Source: Spirochaetia bacterium
Lineage (GTDB): Bacteria > Spirochaetota > Spirochaetia > UBA9216
NCBI GenBank assembly: GCA_963677925.2
Contig: CAXXYH010000003.1
Span: forward strand, 480,001-544,000
DNA: 64,000 nucleotides
Direction: 5' to 3'
Made by a program: the position numbers and the translations under genes. Every line of letters begins with the position of its first letter. Position 1 is the first letter of the stretch. Positions 21,421 through 31,244 of this stretch are shown piece after piece. Under the pieces are notes generated by a model. The model made no database searches, had not been told where the DNA came from, and saw only the letters and a list, made by a program, of their open reading frames with translations.

Positions 21421-22461
21421 TTATAAATCTCTTACCAGTCTCCTGAAGATAGGCATTGCTTTCATAAAGTAATCTTTAGATTCCTGTTTTCCGGAAAAAC
21501 CGTTTTTCGGCATCTGCGTTCTCACAATTACGACATCATAATCAGTGAAAACAAAAATGTCGGTATCAAGGTATCCTGAAGCATAATAACCTTTGACTGT
21601 AACATTTTCATCCAAAATCCACCACAAATATCCCATTTCCTTATTCAGCGGACTGGATACCGTTGCTTTTAAGATATAGTCCTCACTTACTATTTTCTGT
21701 CCTTTCCATATTCCGGTATTTTTCATCAGTATTCCAAGTCTGGCCATATCTCTGGGTGTAGTCTGTAATTCGGAATACAGCCATGGACTTCCTCCATAAC
21801 TATAAAAATGAGTATTCTTCATTCCTAATTTATCAAAAAGATATTCATCGGCAAAATCCTGAGTACTCATACCTGCAACGGAACTGATAATTGGTTCAAG
21901 AAGCTGTACACCCTCATTGCTGTAACTGAATTTTTTACCAGGTTCATAATCAGGCTTTAAACTCAGAACAAATTCTGATTTATTACCGGGGGAAAACCCT
22001 ATACTTGTATTGTCCACACGCTGTTCAAATCCTGCTGAATGTGTCAGTAAATCTACTATCCTGACTTCATCCCGGTACTGCCCGCTCCATTCGGGAATAA
22101 TTTCTGTAACTTTATCCTGATAATGCAATTTACCCATATCAGCAAGAATTCCAACTAAAAGACTTGAAACTACCTTGGTAGACGACATTGCACCGATGGG
22201 TTCGGAATATCTGTCGGAATACCATTCAGAGACTATTTTGTTATTATAGATAATCAGTTGAGAATCTGCTCCCGTTTTTTTGCATAATTCCAGATGATCT
22301 ATAGCGGCTTTTTCTGAGAGCCCGGTTTCTTCTATATCAGCGGTTTCCCAGAATGAATCAGAATTTGAATCATTCTGCGGTGGACTCATTAAAACAAGTT
22401 TATTTGAAGCACAAGCTGCAAGAATGAAAATACTAAAGAGAGTAAATATTACATTTTTCAT
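21421..22461 (-). CDS. Serine hydrolase (beta-lactamase family) lipoprotein
   Basis: SSTK (SxxK), LLTHSAG, YSN; LAAC lipobox. Confidence 0.88.
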   Translation of the reverse strand: MKNVIFTLFSIFILAACASNKLVLMSPPQNDSNSDSFWETADIEETGLSEKAAIDHLELCKKTGADSQLIIYNNKIVSEWYSDRYSEPIGAMSSTKVVSSLLVGILADMGKLHYQDKVTEIIPEWSGQYRDEVRIVDLLTHSAGFEQRVDNTSIGFSPGNKSEFVLSLKPDYEPGKKFSYSNEGVQLLEPIISSVAGMSTQDFADEYLFDKLGMKNTHFYSYGGSPWLYSELQTTPRDMARLGILMKNTGIWKGQKIVSEDYILKATVSSPLNKEMGYLWWILDENVTVKGYYASGYLDTDIFVFTDYDVVIVRTQMPKNGFSGKQESKDYFMKAMPIFRRLVRDL

Positions 22462-22517
22462 GTTATAGAGTATAACATTAATTTTATTTTTATAAATTCA
22501 AAATTACTAATTGGTGC

Positions 22518-23183
22518 TTAATCAAAGCTGCTGGAGCTGAGCTTTTCCCAGACGTTTTGAGCAATACTCACACAAGTATGAATGCTTTCCTGATTCACTC
22601 CAACAGCCAGTAAATTCCAGACTGTCGCCTGTACTGCGATCTCAGTATCAGGCATATCACTATTTCTGAATTCTTCGATAACTGTTAAAAGTGCCCCCTG
22701 CCACAAAACTGCAGCCATTGAAGCAGACAGACCCTCAGGAAGAATATGACTGTTTGATAGTACGTTACGGGTGCGTTCGAACATATATGATCTGAGTTTT
22801 ATATTTGATTTTGTACGCAATTCCGGAATCAGCAGAATCTTGGAAATTTTAATATCCTGTAGGCCTAAGCAAACTCCGGTATACATCATGGAAGCCAGTA
22901 CCCCATATATCCCGCTATCTGAATTCCCTGCTAATTCACCGGCTTTATCAATGAGATTACCTAGCTTTTCAAGTTCACGCTGAACAAGCTGATCAAGCAA
23001 ATCATCCTTATCTTTAAAATAAAAATAAAAATTCCCGTTCGATGTTGCTGCGGCTTCTATTGTTTTACGAACAGTTAAAGCTTTAAATCCTTTTGCAGTC
23101 AAAATCTCTACAGCAGAATTCAGCAGTTTTTCCTTCATTTCTTCACAATGCTGAATTCTGTTGTCTGTCTTTCTGTAAGGCAC
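22518..23183 (-). CDS. TetR/AcrR-family regulator
   Basis: KGFKALTVRKTIEAAATSNGNFYFYFKDKDDL HTH. Confidence 0.88.
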   Translation of the reverse strand: MPYRKTDNRIQHCEEMKEKLLNSAVEILTAKGFKALTVRKTIEAAATSNGNFYFYFKDKDDLLDQLVQRELEKLGNLIDKAGELAGNSDSGIYGVLASMMYTGVCLGLQDIKISKILLIPELRTKSNIKLRSYMFERTRNVLSNSHILPEGLSASMAAVLWQGALLTVIEEFRNSDMPDTEIAVQATVWNLLAVGVNQESIHTCVSIAQNVWEKLSSSSFD

Positions 23184-23531
23184 CTAAACCTCCGAATAAT
23201 GAGTATGTTTAAATGCATCATCATACTTGTATCCATAACCTAATGCATGATCCATTCCGATATGGGCCGTCCAGATAAGTGCGGCGGCCAGCCAGAAGCG
23301 CCCCGGGGTTATAAAACTCAGCAGCAACAGTGCTGCCGGCCATAAGAGTGAGTGTCCTATATTGTACACTCTGGCACCAATCCTGGGATTCAACAGATAA
23401 CCAAGCATGAAAATATCTGGTGTAAATAAGAATAAAGGAAAAATCCACCATTGATAGCCGAAATGGATAAACAGCCCAAGACCTAGACCAAACAATATTA
23501 AACCATCTATATGCAAACTTATTTTAGGCAT
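23184..23531 (-). CDS. DUF4260 membrane protein
   Basis: PDIFMLGY, YNIGHS, AHIGMDHALGYG, FKHTH. Start moved to ATG 23531 (GGAG SD). Confidence 0.88.
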   Translation of the reverse strand: MPKISLHIDGLILFGLGLGLFIHFGYQWWIFPLFLFTPDIFMLGYLLNPRIGARVYNIGHSLLWPAALLLLSFITPGRFWLAAALIWTAHIGMDHALGYGYKYDDAFKHTHYSEV

Positions 23532-23662
23532 TAAAAACTCCTTATAAAACAGAGCACTGCTCCATTCTATAATCAATGTATCTCTAAAATAAAAATAAAA
23601 CAAGTTTTTTTTGACAATATTTGTAAGGTTTATATGTTTTAAAATTATTCAACGAACCTTTT

Positions 23663-24424
23663 CTACAGCTTTTCCCTGGCAAAAACTATCCTGTCGTCAG
23701 TGGAGGCTTCTTCACAAAACTTGTAACGGGAGAGGTCAAAACTTTTTAACTTCTCAATAGACTCTATTTTCTCCTTTGCAATATAACGTGTCATAAGACC
23801 GCGAGCCTGCTTTGAGTAAGTTGGCAGAGATTTCATATTGTTTCCCTGATCTTCCATAAAATCAACGGTAACAAACGACCCTTTGAGCTTTTTTCGGTTC
23901 ACAGCTTTGCTGTATTCTTCAGAAGCTAAATTTAAAAGGGGTTCTCCATCCTGCAGATGGTCATTGAGTGAAGCGGTTATTTTCTCCTTCCAGAATGAGT
24001 AGAGATTTACTGACGGGAAAGTCTCTGTAAAAGCTGGCAGAGTTTGTGAGATATCAAGACGGTAAGGTGATATCAGGTCAAGCGGTCTAAGAATTCCGTA
24101 CAATCCTGATAATATAAAAAGATTTTCCTGCAGAAAGAGTATACCCTTTTCATCTAAGGTTCTGCTGTTGAGATTTTGAAAGACCAGGCCTCCATAGGTG
24201 AAAATCGCGGCGGTGTTCCGGGTAGTTCCAAATTCCGTAAGATAAGACTCTGCCTCTGCTGCAATCTTTGGGCTGCATTTGTAAAAAGCTTTTAGATCAT
24301 TGATGCTACGTAAAACTAACATGATGCTGTCTGCTTCTTTCTGAAAGAGAGGATTAGTTTCATAAAAGCTGGAAACTTCAGCCTGATGATGAAAGGTTTT
24401 AGCAGGAGATAGTATAATTTTCAT
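23663..24424 (-). CDS. yaaA: Peroxide stress protein YaaA (DUF328)
   Basis: MKIILSPAK, ILSGLYGILRPLD, PYRL, NLASEEY, KQARGLM. Confidence 0.92.
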   Translation of the reverse strand: MKIILSPAKTFHHQAEVSSFYETNPLFQKEADSIMLVLRSINDLKAFYKCSPKIAAEAESYLTEFGTTRNTAAIFTYGGLVFQNLNSRTLDEKGILFLQENLFILSGLYGILRPLDLISPYRLDISQTLPAFTETFPSVNLYSFWKEKITASLNDHLQDGEPLLNLASEEYSKAVNRKKLKGSFVTVDFMEDQGNNMKSLPTYSKQARGLMTRYIAKEKIESIEKLKSFDLSRYKFCEEASTDDRIVFAREKL

Positions 24425-24654
24425 AAAGTAAATTTTTCAATTACTGACATTATGCCTGTTATCTTGGGAGTCGTTCTGCTCTCGGCTTCTGCTATGACCT
24501 CATCGGAAAAATGTTCTTTTAGAAAAGTATCAACATCCATCCTTGCAAACCAGCAGTTCCTGAAGGATGAACAATATAGTTTCTGGCCCGGGGACAGGCA
24601 GTATGATACCGGAATGTGATGTCCAAGTTTTCTACAGTAAATTTCTTTATCCAT
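24421..24654 (-). CDS. Small Cys-rich hypothetical protein
   Basis: YCRKLGHHIPVSYC...YCSSFRNCW; ATGA overlap with yaaA. Confidence 0.7.
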   Translation of the reverse strand: MDKEIYCRKLGHHIPVSYCLSPGQKLYCSSFRNCWFARMDVDTFLKEHFSDEVIAEAESRTTPKITGIMSVIEKFTL

Positions 24655-24661
24655 TTTCTGA

Positions 24662-24685
24662 TAAAGCCCCCTTATTTAAGGGGGC
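24662..24685 (-). terminator. Hairpin after trpB2
   Basis: GCCCCCTT-attt-AAGGGGGC (24666-24685) with a short minus-strand T run. Confidence 0.6.
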
Positions 24686-24711
24686 ATAATTCCTTAAATT
24701 GATATACAAGC

Positions 24712-26085
24712 CTATCTGGCGGGTATTTTTGGGAAATCCTTAATCTTTGAAAGATTCTCTGCAATCTGCTCCGGAGGAAGTGCATAGTCAAAAAGATCAC
24801 CGGCCATATAAGCCTGGTAACCCTTAAGATCCATAAGACCGTGACCTGAGAGGCCCATCACTATTACCTTTTCCTTTCCCTCTTCTTTAGCCTTGTTTGC
24901 TTCTCTGATTGTCGCAGCAACCGCATGACTGGTTTCAGGTGCAATTATTATACCCTCTGTCCTGGCAAAGGTCATTGCAGCTTCATAGCATTCCAGCTGA
25001 TGAATTGCCTGAGGTGTAAGAAGTCCTGAAATTGCAGCCTGGGATACAAGCGGAGACATACCGTGGTAACGGAGACCGCCGGCATGAATAGGAGGCGGAA
25101 TAAAATTATGTCCCAAGGTATGCATTGCCATCAGTGGAGTCATCCCTGACATATCACCGATATCATATGTAAAGCTTCCGCCGGTCATTGTCGGACATGA
25201 AGCAGGCTCAACCGGAATAATCTCGATATCATCACCATTAATCTTGTCCCTGACAAATGGGAATGCCAGTCCGGCAAAATTGGAACCGCCGCCTGCACAT
25301 CCGATTACCACATCAGGCTTATCAATTCCAAACTTCTTCAGCTGAACCTTTGTTTCCTGACCGATAATAGTCTGATGGAGCATTACATGATTCAGAACTG
25401 AACCCAAAGCGTACTTGGTTTCACCAGTCGGATCTGATACAGCCTCTTCAACAGCCTCGCTTATAGCGATTCCGAGACTGCCCGGAGTATCCGGATCCAT
25501 TTCAAGCATCTCTCGGCCGGTTTTCGTTTCATTGCTGGGACTTGCGACACAGTGACCGCCCCAGACCTGCATCATTACCTTACGGAAAGGTTTCTGATCA
25601 AAGCTGATCCGCACCATATAGATTTTACATTTAAGATCAAGCTGGGCACATGCAAAGGAAAGGGCGCTTCCCCACTGTCCTGCACCAGTTTCGGTGGTCA
25701 GCTTTTTAATACCTGCAACCTTGTTATAATATGCCTGTGCTACAGCGGTATTCGGTTTATGGCTTCCTGCAGGAGAGACGCTTTCATTTTTATAATAAAT
25801 TTTAGCAGGTGTACCCAGAGCTTTTTCCAGGGCTACAGCCCGATGAAGCGGTGAAGGTCTCCACTTGTAAAGGATTTCAAGAACTTCCTGCGGAATTGCA
25901 ATTTCTCTTTCCTGCGACATTTCCTGTTCAATAAGATTCATAGGAAATATGGGAGCCATCATATCCGGTGTAACGGGATTTCCGTCGGGACCAAGGTAAG
26001 GAAGCATCGGTGTGGGCAGATCCGCTGCTATGTTGTACCACTTGCGGGGTATTTCATCCTCGGCAAGATACATTTTAATAGGCAT
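24712..26085 (-). CDS. trpB2: TrpB2-type tryptophan synthase beta-like PLP enzyme
   Basis: SPAGSHKPN (PLP Lys), [27 protein letters not shown]; no trpA nearby. Confidence 0.93.
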   Translation of the reverse strand: MPIKMYLAEDEIPRKWYNIAADLPTPMLPYLGPDGNPVTPDMMAPIFPMNLIEQEMSQEREIAIPQEVLEILYKWRPSPLHRAVALEKALGTPAKIYYKNESVSPAGSHKPNTAVAQAYYNKVAGIKKLTTETGAGQWGSALSFACAQLDLKCKIYMVRISFDQKPFRKVMMQVWGGHCVASPSNETKTGREMLEMDPDTPGSLGIAISEAVEEAVSDPTGETKYALGSVLNHVMLHQTIIGQETKVQLKKFGIDKPDVVIGCAGGGSNFAGLAFPFVRDKINGDDIEIIPVEPASCPTMTGGSFTYDIGDMSGMTPLMAMHTLGHNFIPPPIHAGGLRYHGMSPLVSQAAISGLLTPQAIHQLECYEAAMTFARTEGIIIAPETSHAVAATIREANKAKEEGKEKVIVMGLSGHGLMDLKGYQAYMAGDLFDYALPPEQIAENLSKIKDFPKIPAR

Positions 26086-26238
26086 TTTCTCCTCCTGAAA
26101 TATTCAACGTTACTTTAAATAGAATCGTTTCTACTAGAAGTAACATTAAACCGGTTTCAGTCCGCTGTCAACAAAGAAATTAAAATTAAACAATCTGTAA
26201 AGGGTGTTGAATACAGCAGGAAAAAATTATTCCAATAA

Positions 26239-26769
26239 TTATCTGCAGCGAAGGAATCGGGTTTTGACCAGCGAAGAATTTAGTATTTCAGTCTCAACAG
26301 CTTTAAACTGTTTCCCGCTATTAAATTCCCCGAATAAAGGAATTCCGCCGCCGAGAACAACAGAAACCCTTGTGATGATCATTTCATCAATTAAATCGTA
26401 CTCAAGGAAACTTTGTATTGTCTTTCCGCCGTCGATGTAAAGGTTCTTAAAACCTTCTTCATTTAGTGTTTTTACAATATCAGGGATATTACCGGTTACA
26501 ATTGAAGCTCTGTTTCCAAGATGTTCCGGGAGTTCTTTAAGTCTGCTGCTTAAAACAAATACTTTTTTTGTATACGGCCAGATGCCGAATGTGAGAACCT
26601 TTTCAAAAGTATTCCTTCCCATCACAACAGCATCGATATTGTCCATAAACTCGCTGAAACCGTAATCGCTGCTTCCGGGATTGGGTATATCTTCCAGCCA
26701 TTGCAGACCTCTGTCTTTATCAGCTATGAAACCGTCCAGTGACGCTGCAATATAAACAGAATTTCTCAA
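26239..26769 (-). CDS. Dihydrofolate reductase/RibD C-terminal family protein
   Basis: YIAASLDGFIA, VMGRNTF, YIDGG, LGGGIPLF. Confidence 0.9.
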   Translation of the reverse strand: MRNSVYIAASLDGFIADKDRGLQWLEDIPNPGSSDYGFSEFMDNIDAVVMGRNTFEKVLTFGIWPYTKKVFVLSSRLKELPEHLGNRASIVTGNIPDIVKTLNEEGFKNLYIDGGKTIQSFLEYDLIDEMIITRVSVVLGGGIPLFGEFNSGKQFKAVETEILNSSLVKTRFLRCR

Positions 26770-26770
26770 T

Positions 26771-27619
26771 TTACTCTGCCTGTTTTTCTTTAAAGAAATC
26801 TGAAAGGTGTCGTTTACCGTAAAGAGGAGCTTCCATACTCATCACCATCGTAGTCATAAAAAACTCCATAGGACCATAGACTTTTGAACTGGTAAAAGTT
26901 TTAAGAAGAAACAGTGCGGTTTTTCTTATCCAGTCAGGAAGGTGTGTAATTTTCACTGGTTTGGAACAAGCTTCAAATGCAAGTTCCGCTATCTCATTCT
27001 GCGAGAGCATATCAGGTCCGCCAATATCCATCTCTTTAATATCTTCTTCAGCAGCGTTAACAATCGCTTCTGCAAGATCCGCCCCGTCTATCGGATTCAG
27101 TTTTAGTTTTCCGTCTCCGAAAAGAAAGATTCGGCCTTTACCTGCCATTGATAAAAAATCTTTCATGTCAGAAAAAAAGCCGTTCGGCCTGATAATACAG
27201 TATTCAAGTCCTGAAGCTTTCAGATAATCAACGAGCCTTTCCTTGGCTTCGCAGATCTTGATGTTTCTAAGCTGTTCGCCGTTCAGGACAGAAACATAAA
27301 CAAATTTCTTAACATTGGCTTTTTTAGCTGCATCAATAAGATTAGCGTTAGCCTGATAATCGACATCCATATATTTAAGACCGTCTTTCTGTCTGGTTAT
27401 TCCGACTGTGCTGAATACAGTGTCAATTCCTTCAAAAACACCTTCAAGAGATTCCGGCTCTGTAACCCTTGCCTCAATAATCTTAAGGAAGCGGCTATTA
27501 CGATTAACACGTTTTTTATCACGTACAATCATTACAGTGTTTAAATTTCTTGATAACAGTTCATTGACTATGTGACTGCCGAGATATCCTGTACCTCCGG
27601 CTACCAGTACTTTATTCAT
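26771..27619 (-). CDS. Atypical SDR / NAD(P)H-binding oxidoreductase
   Basis: VLVAGGTGYLG Rossmann motif; IIRPNGFF. Start moved to ATG 27619. Confidence 0.88.
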   Translation of the reverse strand: MNKVLVAGGTGYLGSHIVNELLSRNLNTVMIVRDKKRVNRNSRFLKIIEARVTEPESLEGVFEGIDTVFSTVGITRQKDGLKYMDVDYQANANLIDAAKKANVKKFVYVSVLNGEQLRNIKICEAKERLVDYLKASGLEYCIIRPNGFFSDMKDFLSMAGKGRIFLFGDGKLKLNPIDGADLAEAIVNAAEEDIKEMDIGGPDMLSQNEIAELAFEACSKPVKITHLPDWIRKTALFLLKTFTSSKVYGPMEFFMTTMVMSMEAPLYGKRHLSDFFKEKQAE

Positions 27620-27629
27620 GTTTAATCCT

Positions 27630-27980
27630 TTATCTGTTGAATATTTTGTCCAGTGATTTACCCTTCGCAAGTTCATCAATAAGTTTATCAAGATATCGGA
27701 TTTTCCGCATCAGTTCATCTTCAATCTCTTCAATCCTGTAACCGCAGATAACACCTTTTATCTTTGAAACATCAGGATTCAGCTGAGGGACCCGGGCAAA
27801 AAATGTTTCAAAATCTGCTTTACTGTCAATCTGAGCCTTTAGTCCGTCAGCATCATAACCTGTTAACCAGTAAATAATTTCATCAACCTCAGCTTTATTC
27901 CGGCCCTTCCGCTCCGCCTTTTGAATATATAAAGGATAAATATCAGCAAAGGGTGTTTTAAAAATATTATGTTTTGGCAT
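27630..27980 (-). CDS. DUF2200 family protein
   Basis: YPLYIQKAERKGR, IKGVICGYRIEEI, RYLDKLIDELAKG. Confidence 0.9.
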   Translation of the reverse strand: MPKHNIFKTPFADIYPLYIQKAERKGRNKAEVDEIIYWLTGYDADGLKAQIDSKADFETFFARVPQLNPDVSKIKGVICGYRIEEIEDELMRKIRYLDKLIDELAKGKSLDKIFNR

Positions 27981-27997
27981 CTACGCTCCCTGATAAA

Positions 27998-28420
27998 TTA
28001 CTGCCATAAAGCAATTACACCGCCGAACAGACAGTATGTAACAAGATAGAGAACATTATTGATAATCAGAACTACCGGCTTTCGGCCTTCAAACTGAGTA
28101 TTAAGGCTGTGTGTAAGGGCAAAAGTAAACCAGGCAACGGCACCAGTAAGCAGTCCAGTCATAAAATTACCGCCGATTGAATGAATAATTACCTGCAGGC
28201 CGTATGAAAGGAGAAAGGAGGCTGCCACGGAACCTCCCATCAGCCTCGGCATACTCTTTTTATCTTCCTCTGTCATCTCCGTCTTATTCGGATCTACTCC
28301 TACACCAATCTGCCATGCTTTAAACCATGGCATCGGCGGTGAGTAATATAACCAGCTTAATATGAAATTTGCAGCAGCGACTGCAAAGAATGGACCAATC
28401 GAAACATGAAAATCCAGCAT
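27998..28420 (-). CDS. DUF1761-family membrane protein
   Basis: WLYYSP...W motif, four TM segments, FEGRK. Confidence 0.75.
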   Translation of the reverse strand: MLDFHVSIGPFFAVAAANFILSWLYYSPPMPWFKAWQIGVGVDPNKTEMTEEDKKSMPRLMGGSVAASFLLSYGLQVIIHSIGGNFMTGLLTGAVAWFTFALTHSLNTQFEGRKPVVLIINNVLYLVTYCLFGGVIALWQ

Positions 28421-28488
28421 AGGGACCTCCTGAAAATGAAAGGTATATTCCTTAATATAATCAATTTTATTGGGTTTACAAACAGAAT

Positions 28489-28829
28489 TTATCTGCCGGA
28501 TCTTTTCGGCAGGAATAACCCGACTTTTTTTGTGTACTCAATGTATTCACGGCCGAATCTCAACGCCAGATCATTATCTTCAACCACAGTGTAACATAAA
28601 AAAAGAGGTATCCATATAAGCGAAAAAATCAGGAGGGTCAGACTGTTCAGGATCATGGCAATCCCGAACCCTGAGAGCATTTCTCCCAGAGTCTGGGGGT
28701 GCCGCATAAAAGATAGGCTTTATCTTCTATCCTTAGAGACATGGATGCCGGCTGAAGGCTTAGAATATAAAATACTGTCAGACCCATAGTGCCGATAAAA
28801 ATCATTATTCCGGAAATGAGTGAAATCAT
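28489..28829 (-). pseudogene. Isoprenylcysteine carboxyl methyltransferase/PEMT-family gene with internal deletion and frameshift
   Basis: AGGAG + ATG 28829 gives MISLISGIMIFIGTMGLTVFYILSLQPASMSLRIEDKAY. The C-terminal ICMT motifs (MRHPQTLGE...EDNDLALRFGREYIEY) start 122 nt downstream, in a different frame. Confidence 0.7.
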
Positions 28830-28901
28830 TTTCAGCTCCTGTCAGGGATGCAAGGCTATAATTAATTATATTGATTTATTACTCTGCAAACAATCTTCTT
28901 C

Positions 28902-29411
28902 TCAATCATAGATGTACTCCATGGTAATGCAGCACCATTCTTTCTGAATAGTCTGATAAAACTGCAGTTCTTTTTTCACTTCTTTAAATCCTGACTTCCT
29001 GTAGCAGTTTATTGCGGGAATATTAAAATCAAAAACCCTCAGTGACAGCTTCTTCAGCCCTAGTCTTTCTTTACCAAAGAATTTCATACTTTCGATCAGT
29101 TCAAAACCGTAATTTTTTCCCCGATATGCATCTCTTATGAAAACCCGACCGATAGAAGCACTCTTTTCCTTTTTATCAATTCTTAGGAACTGGCAATGTC
29201 CTATAGGAATATTTGATTTAGGGTCAACAGGTTTAAAAAGAATACTGTTCTGTTCCTCCATTGTCAGGAGCAACTGCTGCTCAGTAAGCGGGTATTTAAA
29301 ATTACGCCCGGCAAACTGTATAAGGAATTCGGCATCAGCATCAGTCAGCCAGCTTAGTAACTGCGGGATATCATCTTGTGTAAATCTTGCAAGTTTAATC
29401 ATCTGCATCAC
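28902..29411 (-). CDS. GNAT (RimJ/RimL-like) acetyltransferase
   Basis: IGRVFIRDAYRGKNYG; LRVFDFNIPAINCYRKSGF. Confidence 0.9.
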   Translation of the reverse strand: MMQMIKLARFTQDDIPQLLSWLTDADAEFLIQFAGRNFKYPLTEQQLLLTMEEQNSILFKPVDPKSNIPIGHCQFLRIDKKEKSASIGRVFIRDAYRGKNYGFELIESMKFFGKERLGLKKLSLRVFDFNIPAINCYRKSGFKEVKKELQFYQTIQKEWCCITMEYIYD

Positions 29412-29440
29412 AATAATAACACAGAATCAGTAAAATATAT

Positions 29441-29467
29441 AAAAAGACCGGTGTTTAAAACCGGTCC
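29441..29467 (-). terminator. Intrinsic terminator of the serC operon
   Basis: GACCGGT-gtttaaa-ACCGGTC stem with a minus-strand T run. Confidence 0.6.
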
Positions 29468-29510
29468 GGATTTATTCGGGTTAAATAGTTTTTACAAGGC
29501 GACTGCGGAA

Positions 29511-29783
29511 TCAGCCCTCGAGAGCTTCAAGTCTTTTGTTTCTGAAGTATAGAGCAATATCAATGCTGACCATAACAAAGTTCAGAATATACAGGTAGAT
29601 TACCAGGTCAAAACTGAAAAATACTTTGTGAATAATTCCCGATACGTATCCAAGATTGATTACAAAAAGAAACGGAAGACTCTTTCCGCCTGTTTTTCTG
29701 GATTTAACTGATTTGTAGATGTTAAGCGGCCAGGCTGCTCCAAAACAGATCAGCATAACTGCTTCAAAAATACTGAGATTCAT
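29511..29783 (-). CDS. Small 3-TM PQ-loop/SemiSWEET-like membrane protein
   Basis: LICFGAAWPLNIYKSVKSRKTGGKS motif; three hydrophobic helices. Confidence 0.7.
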   Translation of the reverse strand: MNLSIFEAVMLICFGAAWPLNIYKSVKSRKTGGKSLPFLFVINLGYVSGIIHKVFFSFDLVIYLYILNFVMVSIDIALYFRNKRLEALEG

Positions 29784-29802
29784 ATAATTATATCCTTTTA
29801 GA

Positions 29803-30786
29803 TTAGCTTATTCCGACAGAGGCCTTCATGTACTGGGTTCTCTCATACTTCTCAGGCTGCTCACTCTCTTCCTGACAGAGCATACCATTAAAGTCTGAAA
29901 TTGCCTTGAAGTTCTTTGAATCCATCCATGAAGATATTTCACTGTTAACCTTGCTTATGAAGTCAATTCCGTTCTTATATAAGGCTGTACAAAGCTGAAC
30001 AGATTTTGCTCCTGCAAGAAGCTGTTTGATAACACCTTCTGAATTATGTACACCTGTTGTAGCTGAAAAATCAATATCAATTTCTCCGGAAAGTAGAGCT
30101 ATCCACTGAAGAGCAAGAGAGATTTCCTCCTTCGCACTGTGAACAGGTGAATGTGAAAGCTTTAAATTGTTTATATCGATATCGGGTCTGTAAAATCTGT
30201 TGAAAAGAACAAGACCGTCAAGTCCAAGTTCATTAAATCGTTCAATAACTCCAGCAAGACTTGTAAAATGCGGGCTTATTTTGAATGCAACAGGAATACT
30301 GACCGCCTTCTTAATTTTAGAGGCTATTCCGTAATACATGTTTTCATAATCAGCACTTGTCATAGTCTTATTGACCGGCAGAGTGAAAACATTTATTTCA
30401 AGAGCATCAGCCCCGACATTCTGAAATCTTTCAGCGTACTTAATCCAGGCACCATCGGAAGCACAGTTTATACTTGCAATAACAGGCATATTTACAGCCT
30501 TCTTACAGTCTTCAACGAGCCCAAGGTACTCGTCAAGAAAATAGTTACTGCTCATTCCGTTAAAGAAATCGTAGGCCTCGGCATGAATTTCAGCATTCAT
30601 TCCTTCTGTCATTCTGTTACTGTCGAAAAGAATCTGTTCTTCAAACAGAGATTTTAGAACAACTGCACCTGCACCGGCAGCTTCAATCTGCTTAACCTTT
30701 TCAACGGATGATGTTAATCCTGAACTTGCAGCAATAACCGGTGAGTTGAGTTCAAGTCCCATGTACTTTGTTTTAAGTTCTGCCAT
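29803..30786 (-). CDS. Dihydroorotate dehydrogenase-like FMN protein
   Basis: GAGAVVLKSLFEEQI, KISPHF, LFNRFYRPD, TGVH. The canonical active-site Cys loop is replaced by EINVFTLP. Confidence 0.88.
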   Translation of the reverse strand: MAELKTKYMGLELNSPVIAASSGLTSSVEKVKQIEAAGAGAVVLKSLFEEQILFDSNRMTEGMNAEIHAEAYDFFNGMSSNYFLDEYLGLVEDCKKAVNMPVIASINCASDGAWIKYAERFQNVGADALEINVFTLPVNKTMTSADYENMYYGIASKIKKAVSIPVAFKISPHFTSLAGVIERFNELGLDGLVLFNRFYRPDIDINNLKLSHSPVHSAKEEISLALQWIALLSGEIDIDFSATTGVHNSEGVIKQLLAGAKSVQLCTALYKNGIDFISKVNSEISSWMDSKNFKAISDFNGMLCQEESEQPEKYERTQYMKASVGIS

Positions 30787-30800
30787 TATTACACTCCGTT

Positions 30801-31244
30801 TTATAAAATATATGGTACGCTTAAATTATAACCCTTATACACAATAAAGGTTTCAACATCAGCTACATCTTCAACCTTCGTAACCTCATGGGTATAAAAT
30901 TCAAGAAGGCTGAATTCTTCGTTAAGCAATACCTGCACGATTATATCATATCTTCCGGTAACAACAGCAACACTAATTACGCCTTTAAGAGAACTGAATT
31001 CCTTCCCCTTCTCAACAAGACGCATATTGTTGACCTTGACACCGATAATAGCTACCTGATGACCGGGTATTTTTTCAGGATCAACGAGTCCGTGAACATT
31101 CAGGATGCCCTCCTCACTCAGCTTGTTGACCCTTGCTCTTACAGTGTTTTCGGTTATAGAGAGCTCATCTGCAATAACCTTGAAAGATTTTCGGCCGTCT
31201 ATGAGGTGACGGATAATCTGCAGGTTTATATCATCAAACTTCAT
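30801..31244 (-). CDS. Lrp/AsnC-family regulator
   Basis: DGRKSFKVIADELSITENTVRARV HTH; VTGRYD. Confidence 0.92.
   Translation of the reverse strand: MKFDDINLQIIRHLIDGRKSFKVIADELSITENTVRARVNKLSEEGILNVHGLVDPEKIPGHQVAIIGVKVNNMRLVEKGKEFSSLKGVISVAVVTGRYDIIVQVLLNEEFSLLEFYTHEVTKVEDVADVETFIVYKGYNLSVPYIL

Noticed and set aside
21421-22461. True beta-lactamase resistance gene
   Set aside because: SxxK/YxN are shared by many esterases and peptidases; no class-specific KTG motif.
18071-29411. Integron cassette array or genomic island (many short co-oriented accessory genes)
   Set aside because: Most genes overlap or are a few nt apart; no repeated attC-like elements, integrase, transposase, tRNA or flanking direct repeats were seen.
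29803-30786. Calling this gene pyrD
   Set aside because: The catalytic Cys loop is absent and there is no pyrK or pyr context; it fits the DHOD-like family of unknown role.
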